From: Escherichia phage ERS-1
Direction: 5' to 3' (one strand)
Sequence record: PP337211
DNA length: 64,000 nt
Below the pieces are notes generated by a model. That model saw nothing but the letters and a program-made list of their open reading frames with translations. It made no database searches and was not told where the DNA came from. The stretch's first letter is position 1. Every line of letters starts with the position of its first letter. Positions 1 to 10,950 of this stretch are shown in pieces. The position numbers and the translations under genes were made by a program.

Positions 1-1850
1 GGCACCGGGATGGCCCTTTGAGGGCGTCCCGGTTGGAGTACCCGGTGGTGATCTGGGTGATCACCGCCTTTGGCTTGTCTTTGCACCTCCGTCCGGTGGC
101 CGGTCGATGCGGTCGGCTTGCCGGCTCCTCCGCCGGGCGTCCGCTTCGGCTCGCCGCCGTCATCCTTCACCCGAGGATGCCCACCGCTTCCCGCCAGCGG
201 AAGGTCGTGCAGCCCTTCGCCCCGCCTTCCCGGCGCCGCTGTCTCGAAGTCCTCCCGCTGATGTCGGAGCGCCGCTCGCTCGCCGCGGAATCGACCCGCT
301 GGGCGGCGACGGTCGGGCGGCGACGTGTTCCTGGACGGTGACGCGGGAGCGCCTTGCCGCGGACCCGACGCGGTCCGCAGTCCTCCCTCCCCCGCGCCGC
401 GGGCCGCTGAACTCGATTGCGGTGCGGTCGAAGCTGTAGGCGAGTCGCTTCGGTCCCGGAGCTGACGTTGTCGGCCCAGGCTGACGGTCCCGGTCGGGGC
501 GATGGAAGTGAGGTGGGAGTTGCGGATGCCGTATTTGGCGATGGCGTCCTGCGTCCTCGCGGAGGGTCTTGATGAACTGGCCCTGAAGGTACTTGTCCTT
601 GTCGAACTTCGGGAAGGAGCCCTTGACCTTGGCGATGTGGGCGCTGGCCGTAGGGCTGCGCCTGCGTGTTGGTACCCTTGCCTCGAAGGCGAGGAAGGCG
701 GGCGAACCGTACGATGGCCTGGGCTTCGGCAGCGTTGGCCAGGCCGGTGATCCCGAGGCCCTTGCGGCGCTTGTCCTTGGCTTCCTGCTTCTGCGCGGCG
801 GTAGATCGCGCGATCGTACCGTTGTGCCATTGCGTGGACCTTCCTGCGGGATGTCCTCGCGGAACTGGTCCCGTCGAAGGCGTAGTGGCCCGCCCCGTCC
901 TCTAAGATGTACTTTACCTGTTGAAGGAGCCGGTGGTGCCGTAGGGCGGTAGGGTTGTCGTCCGTGGGGTTCGTGGCGGCGATGGTCTTGGGTTGGGCGT
1001 CGTTTGCGGTTGATCGCGTCGATGAACTTACGTCCCCGGCTCTGCCGGGTTGCCGGCTCGTGGCGATTGCGTCCTGGCGCCCGGGCGTCCGCTTCGCGGT
1101 AGGTCCGGCCCTCGAAGGTGAGGGGAACGGCTCGCCGGAGGCGACGCCGGCGCTGTCGGTGATGGCGACGGAGACGTTGAAGCCTGTTGCTTCTGGTCCG
1201 CTGAAGGGGATGATGGCCGCCGCTTCTCGGGGCTCCCTCCGGGAGTCGGTCCTCGAGGTCCGAGCGGCTGAACGTCCTTCCCGGGTCGCTTGGCGTGACG
1301 AACTCCTCGATGTCGGGATGGTCCGCGCATCACCCCCCCCGGGCTCCGCGGCGATGGCCGGCAGGAGGCGACGCACTGGGATCGCGTCGAAGATGTGCAT
1401 GAAGCTGATGGGGCCGGAGGAGTGGGACTGGAGCTTGCGGATCAGGTCGCCGCGAGGACGGAGGGTGCTGAAGTCAGGCCGATCCCGCCGCCCTTCCCGG
1501 TTGTGGCCTGCGGCTTCCGCGGCCCGGATTGACGGAGCCTTCGCCGTCCGCTTGAAGCTGTCGTTGATCGTCCCGGAGACGTAGCCTGTCCGTATGGCGT
1601 GACCTGGCGAGTGGAGCCCGTCGCGGACCGGATGCGGCCCGCCGGGAGGAAGTGGTACGCCTGCGAGGGCGTCCCGGAAGTCCGCGAAGTGCTGGTCATT
1701 GTCCTTCAGGGCCGCGGCGATCCGGTTCGTGGCCTCGCGGAAGGACTCGCCGCTGCCGCGGTACTTCTGGGCGTGTAGTTCTGTGAGTAGGGTACTTGAG
1801 GACCTGTCGGTGAGTCTCCTCGAAGGGTTGAGGGCTTTCTATCGTGTTGT
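1..1850 (-). CDS. Ribonucleotide reductase catalytic (alpha) subunit, copy 1; C-terminal end runs off the window start; frame broken by indels
   Basis: Reverse-complement translation gives RNR hallmarks spread over different frames: KYGIRNSHLTSIAPTGTV (~490-550), GFNVSVAITD (~1150-1180), HPDIEEFVHAK (~1300-1320), GKGGGIG and SSGPISFMHIFDAI (~1380-1500); GC3 is high in each motif frame. Confidence 0.8.
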
Positions 1851-1859
1851 TGCTCCTGT

Positions 1860-3026
1860 TCTTGGGCTAGGCGGTGAACGAGGTCGATGCGTTCCGCGGC
1901 CCGGGTAATGGCGGTGTACAACCCTTTCCTTCCGGCTCCTTCCCGTACCCCGTCCGGGGTGGCAGGACGTTGTTCCTTTGGGAGCCCTGCGACTTGTGGA
2001 CGGTGAGCGCACCTGCCCTGTCGAACTCCTCCGCGCCTTCCGCTCCCAGACTTCGGCTTGTTGCCGTGGAAGTAGTGGGGGTGGGCGCTGACTTCGACCT
2101 TCGCGCCGTCCTCGCCTTCGATGTCCTTGATGGAGTCGCTGTTGAAGATCGTGTCACGGCGGACCTTCCGGCTGGCCGTCGAGCAGGCCCGCCCTTCGTG
2201 GTCGTGAGGGGCCTTTGCCGTCGCCTTCCTGGGTGGGCGCGTCCGCCCGAGGAGTTCCCGGGACGTCGTCGCTCGTGATTCTCGTGGCGTTCCTGCCGGG
2301 TCAGGAGCTGGTCGGTGGACAGTACCATGTCCCGGAGTTCTTCGCGTGGTGGCGGCCATAGGAATCACGCGGCTGGCACCGTAGTCGCCGGGGGCGGAGC
2401 ACGCGGCCCTCGCGGACCTCCTTGGAGGTCCGGTCATCGGGTTGTCCTGGGCCTGGCGGTGAATCTCCGCGAGGACGTCGGGCTTGTCTTGAAGCAAGGG
2501 CGCTGCCGGGCGGGAGCTGTCCGGGATCGCCCGGGTGAGGACCGGTGCCGAAGTGAGGCCCTCCCCCCCGCCTGCCCGGACGGCGGAAGAATTCGCTTGC
2601 CGAGCGCGGCCCTCCAACCTGGGCGACTCCGCGTTGAGCTGGAAGGTCGGGCGGGCGAGGTTGATCTGCTCCGCCTTGATCGCCGGATCGACTTCTCCGG
2701 TCAGGGTTTCCGGGACGGGCTTGCGAGTGAGTAGCCGCGCCCGCTCCGCTTGGAGTTCCCTGGCGCTGCTGCGACTTGTCCTTGGGCGTGTAGATGAAGC
2801 TGCGAATGGTAATTCTCCGTTGGTCGCCCCGGACTTCGTGAGGACGTGAGCGGCCTTGCCGGTGTAGGCGGCGAAGGTGCCGGGACCTTTGACGGTCGCG
2901 GCGAGGTGTTTGGCCGGGTGGCCTGCCGGTTCCGGCGTACCCGGCGAGCTGGAAGGCAGGGCTTGTCCCGGGTCTTGACGTTGCCTGTCCTGGTTGGCGC
3001 GGTCTGCTGTTGGCGTACTCCGCGAT
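1860..3026 (-). CDS. RecD/Dda-like SF1B DNA helicase, copy 1; frame broken; start codon reads ATC where copy 2 has ATG
   Basis: Walker A AFQLAGYAGTG (~2930-2960), motif Ia FAAYTGKAAHVLTKSG, motif V TVHKSQGS (~1985-2010), motif VI LYTAITRAAERIDLV (~1885-1920), each in a different frame; RBS GGAGAA at 3032-3037 (rc). Confidence 0.8.
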
Positions 3027-3051
3027 GACCGTTCTCCGTTTCTGATAAGAA

Positions 3052-3072
3052 GGGGGGCCCTTGAAGGCCCCT
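3052..3072 (-). terminator. GC-rich hairpin between upstream gene and helicase RBS (terminator-like, no clear U-tract)
   Basis: Inverted repeat ggggggccc-ttgaa-ggcccc immediately upstream (on the minus strand) of the helicase RBS; conserved in copy 2. Confidence 0.35.
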
Positions 3073-3074
3073 GA

Positions 3075-3800
3075 AGGCACGCCGAGGGGGCGGGCCGTCC
3101 GGGCTGGTCCTCCCGGGTATCGGGTTGGCTGCCGCCGCCTGCGCCTGGGCTTCTCGTCGCGGCAGCCGGAGCTGGCGACGGGCGGCGCGGGCCTTGCCCT
3201 GCTGATCGTCGATTCGATGTCGGCGGACTGGAACAGCGGGTCATCGGGCAGGAGGCGAGCCGTGGGCGTTCTCTCGCCGTCGAAGGCGATGGTGTCCTGT
3301 TGAAGAAGGGCCCTTGTCGTCTGTCGGCTCGAGGCGGTAGCGGTGGGCGGCTGCGGAGCCGGGATGCGGCGACCGTCCCGGAATCCTGGATGGTCTTGGC
3401 CTTGTACCCTCTGCCCTTGTACTTCTTGATCTTCGTGGAGCCGAAGGCCCGACCGCTTCCCAGGCGTTGCCGCTGTTGCGCGTGCCGGCCCCGGTGGTGT
3501 AAGGTTCCGATTGGCTCGTTGCCGTCCGGGGGTGCTGCAGCTGCCGTGCTCGAGGACGCGGCCTTGGCGGTTCGCCGGGTCGCCGTCGACTCTGGGATGC
3601 CCGTTGCACCGCCGCCGCATCGCGGGGCTTCCACCACCGCACGTGCTGGGTGGTCGCCGGGACGAAGGCAATGCCCTTCTTGCCGTCCCAGACTTCGCCG
3701 GTCACCGGTGTTCGTGTACCCCGCCTGGCGGTGCTTGTCGTTCTCCTGGAGCTGCGGGCTGAGGGCCTGAAGAATCTGGAGGAACGGGATGCTGTAAGTT
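3075..3800 (-). CDS. Hypothetical protein upstream of helicase, copy 1; frame broken
   Basis: Protein-like peptides with high GC3 in rc frames: YSIPFLQILQALSPQLQENDKHRQAGYTNTGD, GEVWDGKKGIAFVPATTQHVRWWKPRD, STKIKKYKGRGYKAKTIQDSG, LLQQDTIAFDGE...DDPLFQSADIESTISRA. No family assigned. Confidence 0.35.
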
Positions 3801-4384
3801 GTCGCTGGTCCGGCTTCTCGAAACCCGCGCCCAGCCGTGCTGTGCCCTGGCCTCGCCGCGGCGGTGTTGTCTTTGTCGCCAGCGGTGGTCTTGCTATCGG
3901 TCTTGGCCCGGCGGCGCTGGCTCCTTCGGTTCGATGTGAGCGGGGCCGATTGGGCCCCCGGCTCGAATAGCCCTGCCGTCTGCCGGTGTACCCGCCATCG
4001 CCGCGGGGCGGTTGTAGGAAGGCCCGGGCCCGCCTCCTTCTGGGTCGTCACTTGGACGCTGACCACGGACCCCGAAAGGTTCTGGGACTTCCTGCCTTCG
4101 CTGTGGCCTCGCCGGCACGAAAGTGGTAGGGTTGAAGGATGGACGCTGGCGTTTGTCGTCGCCCGAACTCGTCCGCGAGACGCTGGCGGTTCGCTGCCTT
4201 CCCGCCTCGCCCTTGCCAAGGCGACTGGCGACCCGGCGCTCGATCAATCGCGGGCGTGGCCGTGCTCGCTCAGCTCAGGCGAAGGCGAGCGGGGCCTTGG
4301 CCTTCGGATGCTGGCGCCATCGTCTGCGGAATCCTTGATCTTCGGCTGGCGGTGGTCTTGGAGCTGCGGTATGCCGATCTGGTC

Positions 4385-4570
4385 CTCAAGTTTGGTACCC
4401 GGCGCTCCGCGATGTCGCGGAGTTCTTCGCGGGCCTTGTTGAGCTGGGCTTCGAGGCTGCGACCTTCGACGGGCGGCCTGTTGTTTGGCCCGCTGAGCCA
4501 GTTGGCGTGGCTTGACTCCGGCGGCTCGAGGTCTGTCTGGACGCGTTTTCCTTAGGCGTGGTTCTCCGTT
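4385..4570 (-). CDS. Small coiled-coil protein, copy 1 (start codon and stop both altered relative to copy 2)
   Basis: Homologous to 62703-62887; peptide ...KVADLEAQLDKAREELRDIAER; RBS GGAGAA present, but cacgcc replaces cacATGcc. Confidence 0.3.
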
Positions 4571-4596
4571 TCTTCGGCGAGGGTATTTGTATCGCT

Positions 4597-4630
4597 GAAG
4601 AAGTATAGCCGGTTGTTGCAAGAAGTAGAG
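4597..4630 (-). promoter_or_regulatory. Sigma70-like promoter, copy of the recurring family (-10 TATACT, -35 TCTACT, 16-bp spacer)
   Basis: rc sequence CTCTACTTCTTGCAACAACCGGCTATACTTCTTCAG; gene with RBS begins ~30 nt downstream. Confidence 0.45.
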
Positions 4631-6224
4631 GCCCAGGCGTTCACCGTGACCAGCGTTGGTCCTTGCCGCTCCGCTTGGAGGGATACGTCCCTTCGGTTGG
4701 TGTCCGCGGCGATGGCGACGGCGAACCCGATTGGGACTGGATCGCCCTTTGAAGGTGGTCCCCCGGCCCCGAAGCTTCGGCCGCTTCTCTTCGGTTTGGA
4801 ATGATTCGGCTCCGGCGGAAGGGGCCGCGGTCGGGCGGCGGGGCACCGGCCTTCCAACTCCTCCGCCGGCGAGGTTGAATTGGGCTCGAACCGCTGCTGT
4901 CGCGGTCCCTGCGGTGTTGGTCGGTGGCGGCTGACGGCTGGTAGTCTTGTGGTCCTGTCTTCCAGGCGGTCGCCGGTGATCTGGCTCGTCCCCGTTGAAT
5001 TTGTTCCTCAACGTTTTCCACCTTTCCTTCCCCTCGCAGTTCTCTGCCCTTGAGGTCGATGTACCCGCCGTTGTCGGTCTGTCCGATCCGGCGGGCGCGG
5101 CTCCTCCGACCAAGGCGGTCATTGAGCTTGAAGCTGTTGGAATAATAAATGACCGTCTTGGCCGCGGTCAAGGTGTCCGTGCCCGTCGCCCCCGCCGCGG
5201 GATCGCCCTGGCCGTCGCGGGCCCGCTCCTCCGGCGGACGGCCTCCGCCCGATCACCTGCCCGTTATGGTACAGGGGCGCTCGCCCTGGAACCTGGGCCT
5301 CGGCGTCCGCCCGCTCGTTGCGTTTCCCCTGCCGTTGGCCGGACCGCGCCGACGCCGCGCTCGCGGAGGGCGTCCGGATTGCGGCGATGCCGCTTTGCAA
5401 CTGGGCCCGGTCGATGCCCTTGCGCGGACTCCTCCATCAATTAGGTGCCGGGCGACGGTTCGGCCCCGCAATTCGGGTACCTTGGGTTCCGCTTCGTCGG
5501 TCGGGAGGTAGCTGTGATCTGCTGGAGGCGGAGGAGCCGGGTGATGGCGAGGGCGGCGATGACCGGGGCGGGGCCCTCCGCGCCCGTTGGGGGCGTCCCC
5601 GTCGGGTCGGTAGATGGAAGCGGTTGGGTTTGCCGCCGTTTGCCCGGCCCGTCGGTGCGTCTCGGCGACGGCTCGCGGCGACCGCTTCCGCGTCCCGGCT
5701 CACCCTGTTTCCCGCCCCTGTCATGTACTCGTCCGTGCTGGTGATATGCTTGCCCTGCTCCGGGGGTCCGTTTGGGAGAACTGCTCGCCGGTACTGTCGG
5801 CCGGGAGGTCTGGTGCGCCTCCCTTCGTGACCCGGGAGGAGACGGGCTGGAGTAGGGCGGTCGCGTGTCGGGCGGCGAGAGCCCTTCTGCCGTCCGTCTC
5901 CGCCTTCGTTCTTCTTGGTCTTTGGCTTGAAGGCGGTCGGGTCCTGCTCTTCCGGTCGTGAAGTGCTGTCTTGAACTCCGTGAAGGTGCCCTAGCGGTTG
6001 GGCTTCTGTAGTTGTTGTTTGTCCACCATCTCGGCTGTACAGGTGTTGAAGGGTCCCGGCTGTCGGAGTCCCGGCTGGGACCTGCCCTGAACGGCGCGTA
6101 CTTCGCGGAGCGGAGGATGGCAGCTGGTGCGCTCCGCGGTCGGGTCTTGATGCAGCGCGCCTTCCCTGACGTAATGTAGGCGGCGCTTGTCCAAGAAGTC
6201 GGTTGGCCCGCTTCCCGGAGGTGG

Positions 6225-6651
6225 TCAAGGCTTCAGGCGATGGCGGAGCCTGGTGAAGCCCTCGTGCTCGATGACGGCCTTGACCGCCTGCTCGTGCCCT
6301 TGGTGTCGGCCTTCGGGCTCTGGTAGTGGAAGGCCCGGACGTGCTTGATCGCGTTCGGGTACGTGGTCCGGAGATTCCCTCTCAACCCAGTTGCGGTGCA
6401 CGCTGTTCGGGCGACCACCTCGCTGTCGATGAGCCGCGGAGCCAGAGCCAGAGGCGGTGTCGATGGTCAGCTTGGACTTGCCGGCGCCCTGTTCCCGGAA
6501 GATCGCGCGGGCTTCTTCTTCGCGGGAGCGTGTCACTCCTCGCGCTGGCGGTTGAAGGGTTCGGCTTGAAGGGGTATTGGAGGGCGGCCTCATTTCTCGG
6601 CGATGCCCGGAAGATAGCCCAGCTGGGCGGCGAAGGCGAGCGGAGAATCAT
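6225..6651 (-). CDS. P-loop NTPase-like protein (first gene downstream of AT-rich island A); frame broken
   Basis: rc frames give EEEARAIFREQGAGKSKLTIDTASGSGS (Walker-A-like GAGKS), TTYPNAIKHVRAFHYQSPKADTKG, HEQAVKAVIEHEGFTRLRHRLKP then stop at 6225. Confidence 0.4.
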
Positions 6652-6739
6652 GTGCGCTTGGGAGGGGGGCCCAACGCTCGACTTCGTGTGCTGAAGAAGT
6701 ATGAAGTGGAGAGGCAGTGGAAGCCCTGTGGGGCTGGGG

Positions 6740-6910
6740 GTTTATATATTCTTCTTCTTCTTCTTTAACTCACTCAACTTACTTACCTTAACCCCCGCAC
6801 GGCCTCTTGGAACCTAGGCAACGGTCGCCGGTCGCCTCCCTGGGGGTCCCGGCGATTTATCGGGCGAAGTAGAACTGAACTGGAGAAGTGAAGTAACCTA
6901 AGCGAGGAGG
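6740..6910 (-). promoter_or_regulatory. AT-rich intergenic island A: TATATA box, (AAG)5 microsatellite, conserved 31-nt element, iteron-like GAGTTA repeats
   Basis: tttatata at 6741-6748; cttcttcttcttc at 6751-6763; ttaactcactcaacttacttaccttaaccccc at 6765-6796; homologous to 31420-31640. Confidence 0.5.
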
Positions 6911-6991
6911 GTCGGAGCTGTTACGGCGCTGGGCCTTCCATGGCGCTTGGGGCTCAGACCTTCGGGCGTGAAGGTAAGTATCCCAGCGTTC

Positions 6992-7342
6992 TCATTTGCG
7001 GAACCTCTCCTTGAGGCCCAGGAGGATCGGGGAGACCAGGCTGCAGAAGAAGATGCCCAGCAGTGGCACGGTTCCCCTTCCGCTCCTGTCCTCCCCGGAC
7101 TCGCGCCACTGGCGGAGGTGTTGGAAGTCCCTCTGGCGGCCAGCGGCTGCACGTGTTGGCCCGAGCTGGACTGTGTTTGCTTCACGGCTTCTGCCGCTTA
7201 CGCTGTTGGCTCCGCGCGGACGGCCCGGCTTCCGCGGCTCGCTTCGCCGCGTCCTCGCGGTAGCTTCGCCGCCCGGGTCTGTGGCCGGGCGGCGATGTCT
7301 TCGACTTGCTCCGGGCGGGGGTGTCGGTCCTGCGCGGGTCAC
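6992..7342 (-). CDS. Small membrane protein (C-terminal transmembrane helix); holin-like candidate; N-terminal extent uncertain
   Basis: rc frame ends ...GTVPLLGIFFCSLVSPILLGLKERFRK then stop at 6992 (hydrophobic helix followed by basic tail, high GC3); lies at the end of the structural block next to island A. Confidence 0.35.
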   Translation of the reverse strand: MTRAGPTPPPGASRRHRRPATDPGGEATARTRRSEPRKPGRPRGANSVSGRSREANTVQLGPTRAAAGRQRDFQHLRQWRESGEDRSGRGTVPLLGIFFCSLVSPILLGLKERFRK

Positions 7343-7949
7343 CTCGGCTGTACTCCACGGAGTCCGGGCCCCTGGGGGTTCAGATGGCCTGTCCTGTCCG
7401 CGTCCTTCCCCTGCGAGCCCGTGGACCGTGTCGGCTTGCCGGGTGGTGTCGAGTATCGGCCCCCGATCCGGAGGCGGCGCCGCCGCCGGCGGCTTCGCGG
7501 TCGTGCCGTAGCCGCGGAGGAACTTCCCGCGCCGCCGTGCCGGTAGGCGCTGTTGGCATCCTCCGGCGGAAATGGTCCTCCCCTTCTTCGGCGAAGACTT
7601 CTGCCGTCGCCGCGCTCGAATAGCGCGCGATCCGTTGGCCCGTACCCGGTTGTTCGTGCCGGTCGGGCTCGCCGGGCTAGGCCATGCTCCCCGTCCGCGG
7701 GCGAAGCCGGTTGGGCGGTCGTGGTCGCGGACTTCGCGTGGCCCTTAGAAGGCCGTCGGTCCTGGCGGAGGAAAGACTGAAATTGGTTGTAGGGCGCTGG
7801 TCCCCCAGCGCGCCGTTCCCTTGATGCCCGTTCGGGCCGTCACTGATAGCCGTTGGGACCTTCGGTACAGTTTGGGTATGTTCCCGAGTCGCTGTTCCCG
7901 GTGCGACGTGGGATCGGTAGCTGTCCTGGCCGTCGCGGACCGCCGTGAC

Positions 7950-8880
7950 CTCATCCGTTCCGGCCGCGGCGTTCTCCGTCGCCTCGTCGGTCGGTTTCTG
8001 CCGGCGCCGGTTGTGCCCGGCTCCGATTTTCGGGAGCGCGCCGCCGTTGGCCGCGTAGATGTCCGCGGTAGGTGTACCCGGCTCCGGCGATGTTCGCCGC
8101 GGAGTGGTCGATGACGGATGGATCCGCTGCGGTCCGGTCGCGGTGTGCCGGGTACAGGCTTGTCTCTCCGAGGATAGCCGAAGGATACTGGAGAACTGCT
8201 TTGCCGGAAGTTCCCGGGAGCGTAGGGGCGCGCGAAACGGCTACCAGCGCCTTCGAGTCCTCCGGCGGGCGGAGGTGTCCTACGCCACCCGGACTGGCCG
8301 GCCCTTCGCGGCGATGGTCTCGCCGCCTGTTATACGGAGCCGGTCGGCGCGCGGGCGTCCTCCGCGGAACGGAAACTGCGCCCCGGCTGCGCGTTCCGCG
8401 CAGACGAAGAATCGAAAGCAATCCCCACCCTGTCACTGACCCGTTCACCAGGTCGATAGCGTCCCTTGCCTGCGATTTCGTTGTCGGTTGCCGTCCACCG
8501 CTCCGTGGGGTTCGGTGCGGGAGGGCCTGGTTGGACCTGCTGGATGGAGGTCTGTATGGGCGTGATCGCGTTCGTCCTGGCCAGCGTGCGCCGCGGGGTC
8601 GCCGGTGGCCGCGTATGCGTAGGACCCGCCCGTGGCTTGTCCCTGGTCGGGGCTCTGGAGGTACTGGCGGGCTTGCCCTTTGCCGATCCAAGGCGGAGGC
8701 GTTGTCCAGCGCCTGGAGCTCGCCGAGGCTCGTTCGCCAAGTTGGAACAGTTCGCCTCCTCCGTAACGGCGGAGGGCGAACGGGTTGGGCGCTTGAACCG
8801 GGTCCTCTGCCGAGCCCTGGTTGCCCGTAGGTGGAGGACGGAAGGCCAAGGCTCGGTTGTGCTCCGCCGCATTCACCCGC
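7950..8880 (-). CDS. Hypothetical protein(s), structural-like; frame broken
   Basis: Protein-like rc peptides: AVLQYPSAILGETSLYPAHRDRTAADPSVIDHSAANIAGAGYTYRG, YLQSPDQGQATGGSYAYAATGDPAAHAGQDE. Confidence 0.25.
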
Positions 8881-10097
8881 TGGGCCGGTCTGCAAGTTCA
8901 CCCGAGGCCGCGGAACCATGTCGGCGAGGTGGTGCTGGTCCTGTAGAAGCGGTGCCACTTGGGCGTGTTGGCGCGTTCCGGCTTCCCCGCATGTGACGCG
9001 TGCGAAGGGGGTGGACTTCTGGGGAGGCTGCACCCGTGTTCGCTGCGTTCGCCGCGGTGCTTCATCCCTGGACAGTTCGCCGTCTGGCTCGCCACGCTCG
9101 TTGGGCTTGAATCGCTGCGAGGTCCTGGACGGGCCGGAGTTGCTCTGTGGAGCCTTGCGGACGGTAGGTTGTCGTGATTGTCGGTTTCTGCAGAGCCCGG
9201 GCGCTCGAGGACTCTGCTGGATCCGCGTCGGACTCGTCGCAACCTGCGGAGGTCGCTGCCAGCCTCGCCAAACCGCTTTGCCCCTTAATCGACCAGTTGT
9301 CGGTTGCGTGTAGGCAGGTTGCGGCTGGGTGGTGGTGTTGTGTACACGAAGGACTGATGGAGCTCCTGCTCGTCCGTCAATTCGGTCCAGGCGGCCGGCT
9401 CTTCCCGCGCTAAGGCAGGTCTGCCGCGCGAAAGGGGCGTCGTCGCGCGTTGATCCGGTACTCCGTCCCAGTCCGGGTTCGTCTGCTGTTCTCCGTGCAT
9501 GACGTGGGGGCGGGGTTCGCTGAGCCGTTGACGTCCCGCCTTCGCCGGATACTTGGCCTTGCCCGGAGGCGCTTCGCCTTTTGGCGCCTGGCCTTCCGAT
9601 AGGTGGCGGCCTGGCGCCCCTTCCGAAGGTCTGCCAGCACGCCCCGGAAGGCCCGGTATGACCGTGCCGAGTTTGGACTGGAGGTAGACTGTTCGCGGCC
9701 CGGGTTCGATTCCCCCCTTACGTCCGTAGCCCTGGACACCCTTCTCCTCCTCGCTGCCGAGGGCTCCGGGGTTGTTGAGGTAGATTTGCTGGCGAGGCGG
9801 TCCGTCTCCGCTCCTGCCGGTTCGTTGCCGATGGTTTCCTGGACGGAATCTCGACTGGCCGGTACCCAGGTGGGCGAGATAAACTGTAACCGGTGACGTC
9901 AGATTCGCTGCCGGGCTTCTCCGTCACTTGTAGCGCCGTTGTGATCGCGGTCGCTCCGCTCCTCCGCCCGGCATGCCCTCGTGGACGCGGCCCCGGTCCT
10001 GCCCGCGTCGGGCGGCGAAGGCGGCGCCGCGGTGTAGCTGGAGGCGCGGGCGGTGTCCAACCTGGAACGCTGCCGCTTTGTCCTCGCCGCCGTCCGT

Positions 10098-10950
10098 TCA
10101 CGGGACTGCTGGCCAAGTCCCGGACCGGTGTCGTTCGGCTCTTCGGCGAAACGGTCCCGAGGCGGTCCGGGATCGGTCGCCCTGGCTCCGCGGTTGGAAA
10201 TTGGAAGTCCTCGGGTCAAGCGGGTTTGGGGGTGGCCTGCTTCGGCGCAGGGCCACCGCTGCGTACGCCTGGGTCGATGAAGATGATCCGGATGCCCTGT
10301 CTCCTTTACGGGTCCTCCTCGGAAGATTGGCGCCGTTCGTTGGGTTCTCTTCGGGCAGAACGGCTGACCCCCGAAGTCGTCCGTTGTCGAACTCTGTTGT
10401 GGCGCATTTGGTGTGGTCGTCGCTGGGATAGGCCCGGACCGTCGCGTTGGCGGGTATCCCGCTGGTCGGGAGGTTGAGCGTGATCGCCTGCCCCGCGTGC
10501 GCGATGATGAACCGCCGTTCCGGGACCCTGCGCTTCCCGGTTCGCAGCCCCCGGCGAAGTAGCCGTCGGTGAAGGAGGAGAAGGCCGGTGAGCTGAGGCC
10601 CCGCCCCGAGACGCCCGTGAGGGTCGTGCTCCGCCCGGAAGTTCGCGGGCGGCCGCCCGCGGCCCGCAGGACGTGGGCGGTCGTCCGGTCCTCCGGCGGT
10701 GGGTCGGGCGGCGCGACGTGAGCCTGGCCTGCCTGGCTTCGGCCCCGCGCTCGGGTTCTGCCGATCCCCGCCGGTCTGCGGACGGCGAGCTGGCCGTCGC
10801 CTCGTGGTAACGCTGGACGGTGAGCTGGACGATGTCGGTGGGCGGCGAACCGCGGAATTGATCAGGAAGCCGATGCCCTTACCGCTTTGCCGGTGCCGGT
10901 TGCTCCGGGTATTCCTGGTTCTGCTCGAAGGCCCCGCGCTCTGACCTGGA
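10098..10950 (-). CDS. Hypothetical protein; frame broken
   Basis: rc peptides FIIAHAGQAITLNLPTSGIPANATVRAYPSDDHTKCATTEFDNG, LTGVSGRGLSSPAFSSFTDGYFAGGCEPGS, GKGIGFLINSA. Confidence 0.25.

Larger units (their letters stand above)
1..5700. repeat. Copy 1 of a diverged ~5.7-kb direct repeat (partner at ~58290-64000)
   Basis: Window start (ggcaccgggatggccctttgagg...) aligns colinearly with 58285 onward; blocks of up to ~145 identical bp (e.g. 500-650 vs 58810-58960) alternate with indel-rich stretches; same gene order in both copies. Confidence 0.85.

Noticed and set aside
545-558. Programmed ribosomal frameshift as explanation for the RNR frame break
   Set aside because: The break is a 7-bp tandem duplication without a slippery heptamer or downstream pseudoknot, and similar breaks occur throughout unrelated genes; a lesion is more parsimonious.
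6740-6800. Eukaryotic or archaeal interpretation of the AT-rich islands (TATA box; GTAAGT-like repeats on the minus strand resembling splice donors; polypyrimidine tracts)
   Set aside because: The surrounding genes use bacterial GGAGAA RBS spacing and sigma70-type -35/-10 promoters, and the gene content is phage-like; the TATATA boxes are better explained as AT-rich regulatory or origin DNA.
9690-9730. tRNA-like T-loop (GGGTTCGATTCCCC); similar GGTTCGA hits at ~27770 and ~32380
   Set aside because: Only a 3-bp T-stem can be formed and no acceptor stem, D-arm or anticodon arm could be folded around it; most likely chance occurrence inside coding sequence.
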